Positions 1 through 10,128 of a DNA stretch of 64,000 bases are shown in pieces (position 1 is the first letter of the stretch; each line of letters starts with the position of its first letter). This DNA comes from Chiloscyllium plagiosum (taxonomy: Eukaryota). The notes below the pieces were generated by a model. The model searched no databases, was not told where the DNA came from, and saw nothing but the letters and a program-made list of their open reading frames with translations. The stretch is from contig NC_057746.1 in assembly GCF_004010195.1 (NCBI RefSeq), forward strand, positions 28,863,861 through 28,927,860, written 5' to 3'. Made by a program: the position numbers and the translations under genes.

Positions 1-24
1 GTTCGAGGGATTTGACTGAGACAA

Positions 25-606
25 GGTTATCTACTGCATCCGCTGCAGCCGGTGTGGCCTCCTCTATATTGGGGAGACAGGCCGCCTACTTGCGGAGCGA
101 TTCAGAGAGCACCTCTGGGCCAACCCAATCACCCTGTAGCACAGCATTTCAACTCCCCCTCCCACTCCACCGAGGATATGTAGGTCATTGGACTCATCCA
201 CCGCCAAACCACAACAACGCGACGGTCGGAGGAGGAGCGTCTTATCTTCCGACTGGGAGCCCTCCAACCGCAGGGGATGAACTTGGACTTCACCAGTTTC
301 TTCATCCCCCCTCCCCCCACCTTGTCTCCGCCGGGTCCCCCCAGCCCGGCGCCGCCTTCCTGACCTGCAGTCTTCTTGTTGACCTCTCCGCCTCCATCCT
401 ACTCCGACCTATCACCCTCACCTTGATCTCTTTCCACCTATCACATTTCCAACGCCCCTCCTCCAAGTCCCTCCTCCCTACCTTTTATCTTCTCCTGCTG
501 AACACTCTCTGCTCATTCCTGAAGAAGGGCCTGTGCCCGAAACGTCGAATCTCCTGTTCCCTGGATGCTGCCTGACCTGCTGTGCTGTTCCAGCAATAAA
601 GTTTCA
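25..606 (+). mobile_element. Penelope-like element (PLE) 3' part: degenerate GIY-YIG endonuclease plus pseudo-LTR
   Basis: Translates as VIYCIRCSRCGLLYIGETGRLLAERFREHL...HPVAQHFNSPSH...EERLIFRLGALQPQGMN (with a frameshift and a stop). It is followed by a pyrimidine-rich tail and the CCTGAAGAAGGGC..GCCCGAAACGTC terminal motif repeated elsewhere in the window. Confidence 0.85.
515..550 (+). ncRNA. Minimal type I hammerhead ribozyme motif in PLE pseudo-LTR
   Basis: ATTC (stem I) - CTGAAGA core - A - GGGC ctgt GCCC (stem II) - GAAA - CG - TC cleavage site - GAAT (pairs with ATTC). Stem III is reduced to palindromic ACGT. Confidence 0.75.
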
Positions 607-2438
607 ACTGAGATTCTGGGTTTGACAATCGAGGAGATTGTGAGTTTAGTCCCACGCAGGGGCATGTTGGGAACGTGGATTCCGTGAAATCCGATCATAT
701 TACGTCAGTGACAGGTAAAATAATTCATCGTAGAGAAGTATTGGTGAGGTTTTTTGTGAAAAAGATGTAGACAGCTCAGTGAATACAGCTACTAATGGTG
801 ATACTTAATGAATGGTGGGACAGTCTTGAAGGGCTGAATTTGCTCCTTGTTCAAATGTTCAGTGAAGGGGAACCTATACCCAGCCTGGAGTCTGGTCTTC
901 TCTTAAATCTGGGCCCACCTGTGACATGTGCCACTAGCGAAGCTCTCTGATGGAGCCTGGAAGTCACTGATGAAGACATTTCATCACCATCTCCACAACA
1001 ATTCACTGAGAGAGAAGTCCGGGTGTCCACATCTTCAAAATGATTTAGAAAGTTAGCAACAGAAGGCCTTGTCCCACCAGTCAGCGGCTGATCTGTGCCC
1101 TACCTCCATTTACCTTTGATCCGTGTCCCTTCGGACAGCAAAAATCTATCAATCAAAATGAACAGATGACTCAGTACTGGTTGCTGGTTGTGGAAGAGAA
1201 TTCCAAGCTCCCTCCAGCTTTGTGCTTAGACGCATTTCTAAATTTTATTCCGGAGAAATCAGGTCCTAGTTTCTACCCCCTGTTCCCTAGCCCAAGTCTC
1301 TCTAACTAACAGAACCGACTACTCACTGTTCCCTTTAATATCTTGAAAACTTTGATCTAATACCCATTACCCATCGTATTTCCAGGGAGTAACAACCCTC
1401 AATTGTGTCATCTCTCCTCGCAGTTTGACACTTGGATTCCTGGTATCATTCTGGTAAATCAACTCTGCACTGCCTCCAGGACCAACACATGTTTCTAAGA
1501 TGTGGTGCCCAGAATTAAACATAGTGTTATATGGAGGTCTGACCAGGGCTTTGTGTAGCTGAGCTATGATTTCTATCCCCCTAGTATGCTCCTCAGTGTG
1601 CAAGGCTGCCCAAGTCTATTCCTAGAACTCAGTTTTTCCTGGGAACTGGTTGTGAGAGGCTGTAGGTTGAAGGGGATCTCTCTGCATGTAATGTGACCAA
1701 CCAAGCGACTCTCCCAATCTCAGCGCCTGTCGTAAGGATGTTAGAAGGATTTACAGGTTAATAATCACTCATCTTATGAATGTCCCTTCTGTGATCATCA
1801 GTCCTGGAGTAGGATTTGATCTCTGATTTCTGACTCTGAGGCCAGGATCGTACTCTGAGTTTCCAGATTCTATTCATCAACCTGTCCTGATGTGTTGTGG
1901 CACACCTCTGGTGCAGTTGGGACTCGAATGCAAGGCTTCTGAATCAGAGGTAGGGGCACCACCATTGCAGCATGAGAGATCCTAATCTCATTGAACATCC
2001 AAAATCTTTGTATTCTAATTCACCATCCTTGATCCTGAGCTGGACTGCCAAACCTCATTGATGGTTAATGGTCAATTGCCAATAGTTAACTCGTGTTCAG
2101 CTTCTGTGCTCGCCTACAACCATTGGATCCCAGTCTCGCACAACCTTGGAATCTGGATTTTAATCACTCCATCATTGATGCCTGGGCCTTGAGCTTTGAA
2201 AGACCCACTCTGACACTCCAGCATTCTGAAAAGACGACCAAAGTCCTACCACTCCGTACATGCTTTTGAAAAGCTGCCCTAGTATTTCCTTATTTGGCTC
2301 ACTGTCTAATTTTGTTCAATAACACACTCTTGTGAAGCACTTCGGGATGTGTTCCTACATTAAAGACTCTCTCTAAGTACAGAGTTTTTGTTGTTGTTGA
2401 GCACAGATGCCCATTCATTTTTAATCTTTTCATTGCAG

Positions 2439-5400
2439 ACTTCGAAGATTTATCAAAACGAACAGGTAAGAATCAGTTCAGCCATTTCCCATCTTCTGTT
2501 GAAAGTGTTCCCTCGATCTCACAAATATTCATCCTTTGACAATTGGTGAGTCCAGAGGGTCACAGAGCACTCAGTCCAAGACGTGTATCATACAGAGGGT
2601 TCCACAGTATTATGCTTGAAAATGAATGAAGTTTACTGTTGAAAAGCTCTTTGCCTCTGCAGCCAGTGGGACAGTGTGTCCCAGGGAGGCCCCTGCAGCC
2701 AGTGGGACAGTGTGTCCCAGGGAGGCCCCTGCAGCCAATGGGACAGTGTGTCCCAGGGAGGCCCCTGCAGCCAGTGGGACACTGTGTCCCAGAGCTGTAG
2801 CCAGTTTTGTTTGATGCACTCGTAGAACGTGGGAATTGCTGCTGTTGCCTGCATGTTTATTGCCTCCATTCCTATTTGCCCTTGAGAAGGTGGTGGTGAG
2901 CTGGCTTCTTGAACTGCTGCAGCTCATGTGCTGCAGGTAGACCCACAATGTCCTTGGGGATGGAATTCCATAATTTTGTCCCAGCGACATTGAAGGAACA
3001 ATGATATATTTCCAAGTCAGGATAGTGAGTAATTTGGATGGGCGCTTGAAGGTGATGATGCTGTAATGTATCTGCTGCCCTTGTCCTTCTAGATGGAAAA
3101 GGTTGTGAGTTTGGAAGGTGCTATCTGAGGATCTTTGGTGAATTTCTGCAGTGCATATTGTGGATAATATGCAGGGCTGCTACTGAGTGTCAGTAGTAGA
3201 GGGACTGGGTGCTTGTCGATTTATAGCGTTGATCAAACGGGCTGCTTTGTCCTAAATGGTGTGAGCTTCTTGAGTATTGTTCGAGCTGCACTCATCCAGG
3301 CAGGTGGGGAGGATCCATTACACCCCTGACTTGTTTCTCCTAGATGGTGGGCAGACTTTGTGGAGTCAGGAGATGAGTATCCCACTATGGAACTCCTGGG
3401 CTCTGAAACTTCTCTTGTACCCACTGGGTTTATTTGGTGAATCCAGTTGAGTTTCTATTCAATGGTATCCCAAGGACGTTAATAGTGGGAGATTCAGTGA
3501 TGGTAAACCATTGAATTTTCAAGAGGCATTGGTTGTATTATCTCTTATTGGTGATGGTCATTGTCTGTTATATGCATGGTGTGACTCTTACTTCCAACTT
3601 GTCAGTCCAATCCTGGATATTGTCCAGATCCCATTGAAATTGAACATGATCTGTGCTCAGTATCTGAGGAGTCGTGAATGGTACCAAACATCATTCAATC
3701 ACTGGCCACCATCCTCACTTCTGACATTCGGATGGAAAGAAGGTCATTGATGAAGCAGGTAAAGATGGTCGGGCCTAGGACACCATCCTGAGGTACTCCT
3801 ACAGAGGTGTCTTAGATAAGTGGGACGCTGATCCAGGTCTGTAGTTGAGTGACAGGTACCATCTTTCTAGGGTTCAAATCAAAGAGATAATGATCTCTGC
3901 CATTTATAAGTGTAAGAGAACTGTTACAAGTTTTAATTTTATTCCACTAACAAGGTACAAGTCAGATTGGTAGCATACTCCCCACTTGCCTGGATGAATG
4001 CAGCTCCGACAAGAAGCTTGACACCCTCCAGGAAACAGCAGCCCATTTGACTGGCATCACGTCCTTAACTCCCTCCACCCCTGGTGCTCAGTAGCAACAG
4101 TATGTTCTGTAAAATGCACTGCAAAAACCCTCTGAACTGATGGTAACTGCACATTCTTGACATGTCTTTTCTCTTTTCTTTTTCAGAGCAACTTCACAAT
4201 GATGTTGGTGAGTTTTCTAATTCAGGATTTTTCTTGACCACTGAGGTGACTTGTATCCACCTCACTGAGTGGATATTTTCTGTTGGTTTCTGTCTTTTTA
4301 ATTGGGATTACTACATTCCGATCCCAAACCCGGGAACGACCTGTCTTTTAGTGGACGGTAAATGTGTGGGCCACAGAATGCTGCAGTAGTACTGGCACAG
4401 CTCTGAGCCAGATACTGTGTTAGTCCTGGCAGAGATCTGAGTTAAGCCCCAGGCCAAGTCTAGACAGAGATCTGATGGCAATTCAAGGTCAGATCTAGGC
4501 CAAGATCCGATCTAGATCCAAAGTCAGCCTCAATGAAAGATCTCTCTGTCTCTCCCTGGACAATAAGAACCTCTCTTGATCCAGTTTTCTGTCAATTTGT
4601 AAGCTCAAGCATGAAGATTATTTCTCTCCCATCACTAATTAAGTTGCTTTTTTATGTTTTCTCACAGGCAATGCCCGTGCTAATTTAGGTAAGGTACTCT
4701 CAGTCTAATATGAGAGAGATGTTTCGCTGTTTCATTCTCACTGTCTCTGTGGCTGAACCGGAGTACATTTCTCCAACTTAAGCTGCAAGTTAAATATATG
4801 TTGATGTTCTCTCTCTCTGTCTTTCTTGGAATTGGAAAATGAAAGCTGAGAAGATAAACCCATTAACCAAGGAGCCTTCTAAATCAAAGTTGTTAAGATT
4901 TGGAAAGGAGGTTCAATACAGTATACATGGAAAAGATGTCCCCAATGCTGGAGGAAATCATTGAGATAGACCTGATAGGTTGAATGGCCTGTATCTATCA
5001 GTGGACCTGCAGCATTTCTTTACAAACAAAGGAAGTAGGAGTAGGCCAATCGGCCCTTCGAGCCTGCTCTGCCATTCTTTGTTATGATTTGGAGGAGCAG
5101 ATGTTGGGCTGGGGTGGACAAAGTTAAAAATCACGCAACACCAGATTATAGTCTAACAGGTTTATTTGGAGGCACTAGCTTTCAGAGTATTCTTCCTTCA
5201 TCAGGTGGTTGTCCTGATGAAGGAGGAACACTCTGAAAGCTAGTGCTTCCAAGTATACCTGTTGGACTATAACCTGGTGTCGTGTGATTTTAAACATTCT
5301 TTATGTTGATAATGGTTGAACATCCAGCTCAGTAGCCTGTTCCCACTTTTTCACAATATCCCCTTAGCCCCAAGTGCTATCTTCAACTCCTTCTTGAAAT

Positions 5401-8400
5401 CATGCAAAGTTTTGGCCTCAGTTGCGCTGTCTGTGTTTGCAAATTCCACTGGCTCATCACTCTCTGGGTGAAGCAATTTCTCCTCATCTCAATTTTAAAT
5501 AGTTTAGCCCACATCTTTCGATCTCCATCAGTAACATCCTTCCAGCAATAACATGGTCTAGTCCTGTTCTGAACTCCAGTGAATATAATCCTAAGTGATT
5601 CAGCCTCTCGTCATGTGTCAGTCTCACAAAGGATCATGATCTCTTCCTCAGACAGTTGTGGAAGCAGAGTAATTGAATACTATGATTGTCATGATGTGGA
5701 GGTGCTAGTGATGGACTGAGGTGGACAAAACCCATAGTCACATGACACCAGGCTATAGTCCAACAGGCTTTATTTGAAATCACAAGCTTTCAGAATGCTG
5801 CTCCTTCACCAGGACTTCACCTGATGAAGGAGCAGCATTTCAAATAAACGTGGCACACTATAATTTGTTGTCATGTGACTTCAGACTTTGAATCCCATGA
5901 AGGCAGAGGTTGCTGGATTCTTGCTGAGAAGGAGGTAATAGGTGATTAGAAAGGGTCGGAGGAAATGTGGATGAATCCATTAGCCATTGAATGCACAGAA
6001 CAGACCCATGGGACTGAGTATCCTGCTCCTTTCCTGAGGCATATATTTGTATGACCTGATGTGTATAGTCCTCATTCTGCTTCTCTCCCACTGCCTCCCT
6101 CTATCCGTCACTGAGTGTCGCACTCTCTCTTTTCCCTCACTATCTCTCTCAATCTCCCTCGCCCTCTCCCTCTCACCCTTCCTCCCTCTGTCTGCCTCTC
6201 TCCCTCTGTGTCTGTTCCCTCATACACTTGCTCTCTTTCTGTCACTCTTACTCTGTTGCTCTCTGTCTCCTTCTGTTTACCGAGGGATTGTGGTGGAGTG
6301 TTATCAGGATCACCTGATCTTGAGGTAACATAGGAATGGATGAGAGTTTCAGCAATGGACGGGCTGAGGCTGGGTGTGGTCAGACAGTGTTTGGAGATGG
6401 GAGTAGGTGTAATTGGCTTTGCTGACTGATGATCTTATTGTGATTGGATATCATGTTGAGCTAATGCTTTATTGATAAAAATATCTTTGCTTCATTACAG
6501 GTCGAGAGAAGGTTCTGTGTCAAACAGGTAAGGTCGAACTGAGCTGGTGTAGCACTGATTAAATCCTCAGTGTTTCTCTATCTCTGACCCCCACAGTGTG
6601 CTCCATCCTGAACCAAATCCCTCCACTTTCACAGAGGGGCTATGTAGAGCGTTATCCCATATTATTGAACATATGATAGAGGCTAGTGTCAGTGGACTGA
6701 ATGGCATCCTTTTACAGTGTAACAGTTTGGTGATGGTGTTGGTTGAAGGTGTAGGGTAGAGCTGGGAGTTATCAGTCTGGCTGTGTGCCTTTGGTGTGTT
6801 ACTCAGCCTCATACCTGCACCAGGAAGGGGACTCCTCAGTCCTCACCCTGACAGCTAAAGTTACTAATCAGAAAAACCCATTGATCCAACAAAGCCCATC
6901 CCTTGAGAAGGACTCAACTGTTTCCCATCAGCAACATCTCTGCTGTGGGAACACTAAAATCCTTCCTCCATTTTAGTAGAAAGGTAATAACTGTTTCAAT
7001 GTTTCCAGAACATTGCGCCCTGCATGATGGAACATAGAATGGTACAGCACTGGAACAGGCCCTTCGGCCCACCATGTCCTTGCCCACCATGATGGCATTC
7101 TAAACTCATCCCACATGCCTCCGTGTGTGTGTGTGTGTATCTGTCTAAATGCCTCTCAAACTTTGCCATCATCTCTGCCTTTAGCACATCCTCTGACAGG
7201 GCAATCCAGGTACCTACCACCTACCATTTTTAAAAAACAATTGCCTTACAAATGTCCTTTAAACATTTCCCCTCTCACCTTAAATCTATGCCTCCTAGTA
7301 TTTGACATTTCCACCCTGGGACTATCCATATTCACCATAATTTTATATACATTTATTAGGTTACCCATCATCCTCTGAAGCTCTCTCGAAAACTATCCGA
7401 GTTTGCCCAACGTCTCCATATAGTTAATGCAATCCAATCCAGGCAACATCCTGATAAACTGCTTTTGCATTCTCTCTAAAGCCTCCACATCTTCCCTATA
7501 GTGTAGTGACCAGAATGTACACAGTACTGCAAATGTGGCCGACCTAAAGCCTTGTACAGCTGCAACATGACTTGCCAGCTTTTGTACTCAATACCCAACT
7601 GATGAAGTTGAAAAATGTGGTGCTGAAAAAACACAGCAGGCCAGGCAGCATCCGAGGAGCGCAGGAGAATCGACGTTTCGGGCATAAGCCCTTCTTCAGG
7701 AAGTGAGGCTGGTGTACCAAGCGGGCTGAGATAAAGGGTAGGGGGGAGGGAACTTGGGGGAGGGGCGCTGGGAATACGATAGGTGGAAGGAGGTGAGGGT
7801 GATAGGCCGGAGAAGGGGTGGGGGCAGAGAGGTAGCTATTGGCCAGTCTTTGGGGCCTTGCTTGTTTCTAAAGAGGATACAATGATTTCTGTCAAGGCCC
7901 AGCAATCTCCTCACTTGCCTCCCCGTGCCCCCCCTCTCCCCCCATGCTCACCCCCCCCTTGTCAAACCCCAGAATAGCAATGCACTCCCCCACTCTCATC
8001 TTAATGTCCATCTCCTTGGTGAATATTAATGGAAAGTACACATTAAGGACATCACCCATTTCCTCTGGCTCCATACAAATTCTCTCCTTTGTCCTTGAGC
8101 AGACCTACCCTTTCCCAAGCTAACCTCTTGCTACTATAAAATGCCTTGGCATTCTCCTGGTTTGTACTTGCCAAGCATACATCATGGCCCCTTCTAGCCC
8201 CCTTAACTTTTTGTTTAAGTTCTTTTCCGCTTCCTTTATACTCCTTGTGGACCTCAAGAGATCCTGATGTTTGTTGAACACATTAAGCTGTGTGGCGAGT
8301 GTTAGTGGTTATTTGCTGCAATAACAAGTCGAGCTGAATTGGTGGGGGTTGTTGAAATTGCCTGATGACCCTTTGACTTTGATTCTCTGTGTTTTCAGCT

Positions 8401-9938
8401 GCCGAGAGGGTCATCACTGCTGCAGGTGAGGAAGGTTTTCCCGTCACTTTGTCGCATTCCTCCCTCATTTCTTGGGAATCTTGTTGGGAGTTCTGATCCC
8501 CTCCTTTCAGGTATAAGATAACCAGAACTCTGCCTGTGCTGCGGGTGTTTAGCTGCGAAGGCCATCCTTTGAGAGTTGCTGCAGTTGGGTGTTTAAGATC
8601 GCACAGCATCATGTAAACAGCAGGAGCATTCCCCAGTCAATCATTCATTGCTTGACCCACTAAAACCTGGCACAGTCTGCTCAGGTACTGATCCAGTTTG
8701 TATACCATTTGTCCCTATCGCCTCAATCTCCGCACATGAACTGAAGAAGGCCATTCTTGATATTTTAAAAAAATGTTGCTTCAATTGTGGCTCCCTCAAT
8801 GACATGTTCCGTGGAAGACTTCCAGATCTCTACTCCCCTTTGTGTGAGAAATTGCTTCCTGATAGACACCTGAACAGCCTTGTTTGGAGTTTGAGATTCT
8901 GTCTCTCTGTATATACCACCCTACACACAAAAAGAGGGAAGTGTTTCACTTTCTCTCCCTCCAATCGAAACCTATAATTATATTAAACATGTCAGTTGGA
9001 ACATTCCTTCATTTTCTACGTCTAAGGTACATAAAATCCGATCGATTTAATCCTGCGCGCCTCGGTTTTATGGTTTCATCTGCTCCAAGGTTACCATGTC
9101 CTCCTTGTGTATTAGTGCCCAGCACAGTGTGGCATACAGGGCTTGATCAAAGCTCAATCCATTCCAACCTCCCTTGAGACCATAGGGAAAAGGCAGAGGA
9201 CTGATCAGGTAACTTTATAAAAAAGCTGTCACACTCACAATGAACTGGATGGCCTTCTCCTGCGCTGTGGTTCTTTAAACCCCTTCCCAGTTTCCCACTC
9301 GCATCAGTGATTTCTGGACAAGTTGCCATCAAAAACCTTCTGACCTGTGACCTCCTTTTGTGTTGGCAGTACCTGTGACCTACGACCCAGAGACCGCCAA
9401 CCCCTACCTGATAATCTCCGAGAACCGGCTGACTGTGACATTCAGTGACAGTTGGCAAGAATTTCCAGAAAACCCAAAGAGGTTCATCTCCCGGCTCTTT
9501 GTGATCGCGGAAGAAGGGTACGAGAGCGGGAGTCAATACTGGGAGGTGCTGGTGGGCAACAAGCCAGACTGGGATCTGGGAGTCGCCAAAGAGTCCATCC
9601 CCAGGGAAGAGTGGATCACGCTGAGCCCGGAGAACGGGTACTGGTCCATCGGGAAGCGGGGTGATACCTATGAGGCCAATACAACAAGCCCTGAAACCCT
9701 AGAGTACAAGACTATGGCTCAGAAAATCGGCATCTACCTGAACCGTGAAGAGGGGACAGTTCGTTTCTATGATGCCGACTGCATGGTGCTAATCCATAGC
9801 TTCATGGCGCAATTCACGGAGAAGATCTATCCATTCTTCAGTCCCTGGGGATCCAGGGAGGAGATGACAATCTGCCCCTTTAATTCCTCATTGTCCAGTG
9901 TCAAGCAGGCCTTACTCAAGGACAATCTGCCCCTTTAA
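2439..9938 (+). CDS. Butyrophilin-like gene A, 3' portion (heptad micro-exons 2439-2465, 4187-4207, 4668-4688, 6501-6527, 8399-8425; B30.2 exon 9370-9938); 5' exons lie upstream of the window
   Basis: Each micro-exon has a pyrimidine tract-AG and a GTAAG/GTGAG donor, is 21 or 27 nt and phase 1-1. The spliced frame is open: xFEDLSKRT-EQLHNDV-GNARANL-GREKVLCQT-AAERVITAA-VPVTYDPETANPYL...YWEV...TICPF. Heptad micro-exons followed by B30.2 is the butyrophilin cytoplasmic layout. Confidence 0.8.
2657..2803. repeat. 36-bp minisatellite, about 4 copies, each with an internal palindrome
   Basis: Unit CTGCAGCCAGTGGGACAGTGTGTCCCAGGGAGGCCC starts at 2657, 2693, 2729 and 2765. Confidence 0.9.
2840..3810 (-). 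mobile_element. Decayed non-LTR retrotransposon (LINE, CR1/L2-related) 3' fragment
   Basis: Minus-strand remnant SPPAWMSAARTILKKL; reverse complement of the element at 35690-36345. Confidence 0.65.
5090..5295. mobile_element. Fold-back (inverted) pair of PLE pseudo-LTR fragments
   Basis: About 85-bp arms around GGTTGT; arms contain CCTGATGAAGGAG...GAAAGCTAGTG; flanked by an imperfect CATTCTTT(G)TTATG repeat. Confidence 0.75.
5690..5895. mobile_element. Second fold-back PLE pseudo-LTR fragment
   Basis: GCTGCTCCTTCACCAGG followed by the inverted CCTGATGAAGGAGCAGC; same family as 5090-5295. Confidence 0.65.
7030..7605 (-). mobile_element. CR1-type LINE 3' fragment
   Basis: Minus strand GIEYKSWQVMLQLYKALGRPHLQYCV (CR1 ORF2 C-terminus) and CR1-like 3' tail. 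Confidence 0.75.
7606..7832 (-). mobile_element. PLE pseudo-LTR fragment with hammerhead motif (7668-7702)
   Basis: Reverse complement of the 390-600 region, including CCTGAAGAAGGGCTTATGCCCGAAACGTCGA. Confidence 0.8.
9370..9938 (+). CDS. B30.2 (PRY-SPRY) terminal exon of gene A
   Basis: Motifs YDPETANP, YWEV, WDLGV, PENGYW, KIGIYL, VRFYDA, IYPFFSP; acceptor TTGGCAG at 9363-9369; TAA at 9936-9938. Confidence 0.92.
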
Positions 9939-9973
9939 TTCCTCATTGTCCAGTGTTAAGCAGGCCTTACGCA
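9866..9973 (+). repeat. 55-bp tandem duplication spanning the gene A stop codon
   Basis: GACAATCTGCCCCTTTAATTCCTCATTGTCCAGTGT(C/T)AAGCAGGCCTTAC starts at 9866 and again at 9921. Confidence 0.9.
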
Positions 9974-10100
9974 TTTCCTGAAGAAGGGCTTATGCCCGAA
10001 ACGTCGATTCTCCTGTTCCCTGGATGCTGCCTGACCTGCTGTGCTTTTCCAGCAACACATTTTCGGCTCTGATCTCCAGCATCTGCAGACCTCACTTTCT
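9974..10100 (+). mobile_element. Short PLE pseudo-LTR insertion with hammerhead motif in gene A 3' UTR
   Basis: CTGAAGA-A-GGGC ttat GCCC-GAAA-CG-TC at 9978-10005; flanked by the 9-bp direct repeat CCTTACGCA (9965-9973, 10101-10109). Confidence 0.8.
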
Positions 10101-10122
10101 CCTTACGCAAGGGGCCTTGGAC

Positions 10123-10128
10123 AATAAA
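10123..10128 (+). terminator. Candidate polyadenylation signal of gene A
   Basis: First AATAAA downstream of the stop codon; position only, no transcript evidence. Confidence 0.35.

Noticed and set aside
12-575. 187-aa ORF
   Set aside because: Alternative frame over a decayed Penelope endonuclease and low-complexity tail.
2610-2990. Repetitive ORFs on both strands and a CRISPR-like look of the 36-bp palindromic repeat
   Set aside because: Units are contiguous with no unique spacers, there are no cas genes and the context is a vertebrate intron. The ORFs are a by-product of a unit length divisible by three.
4430-4545. Cluster of AGATCT-like palindromes
   Set aside because: No consistent period or second copy seen; cannot support a function.
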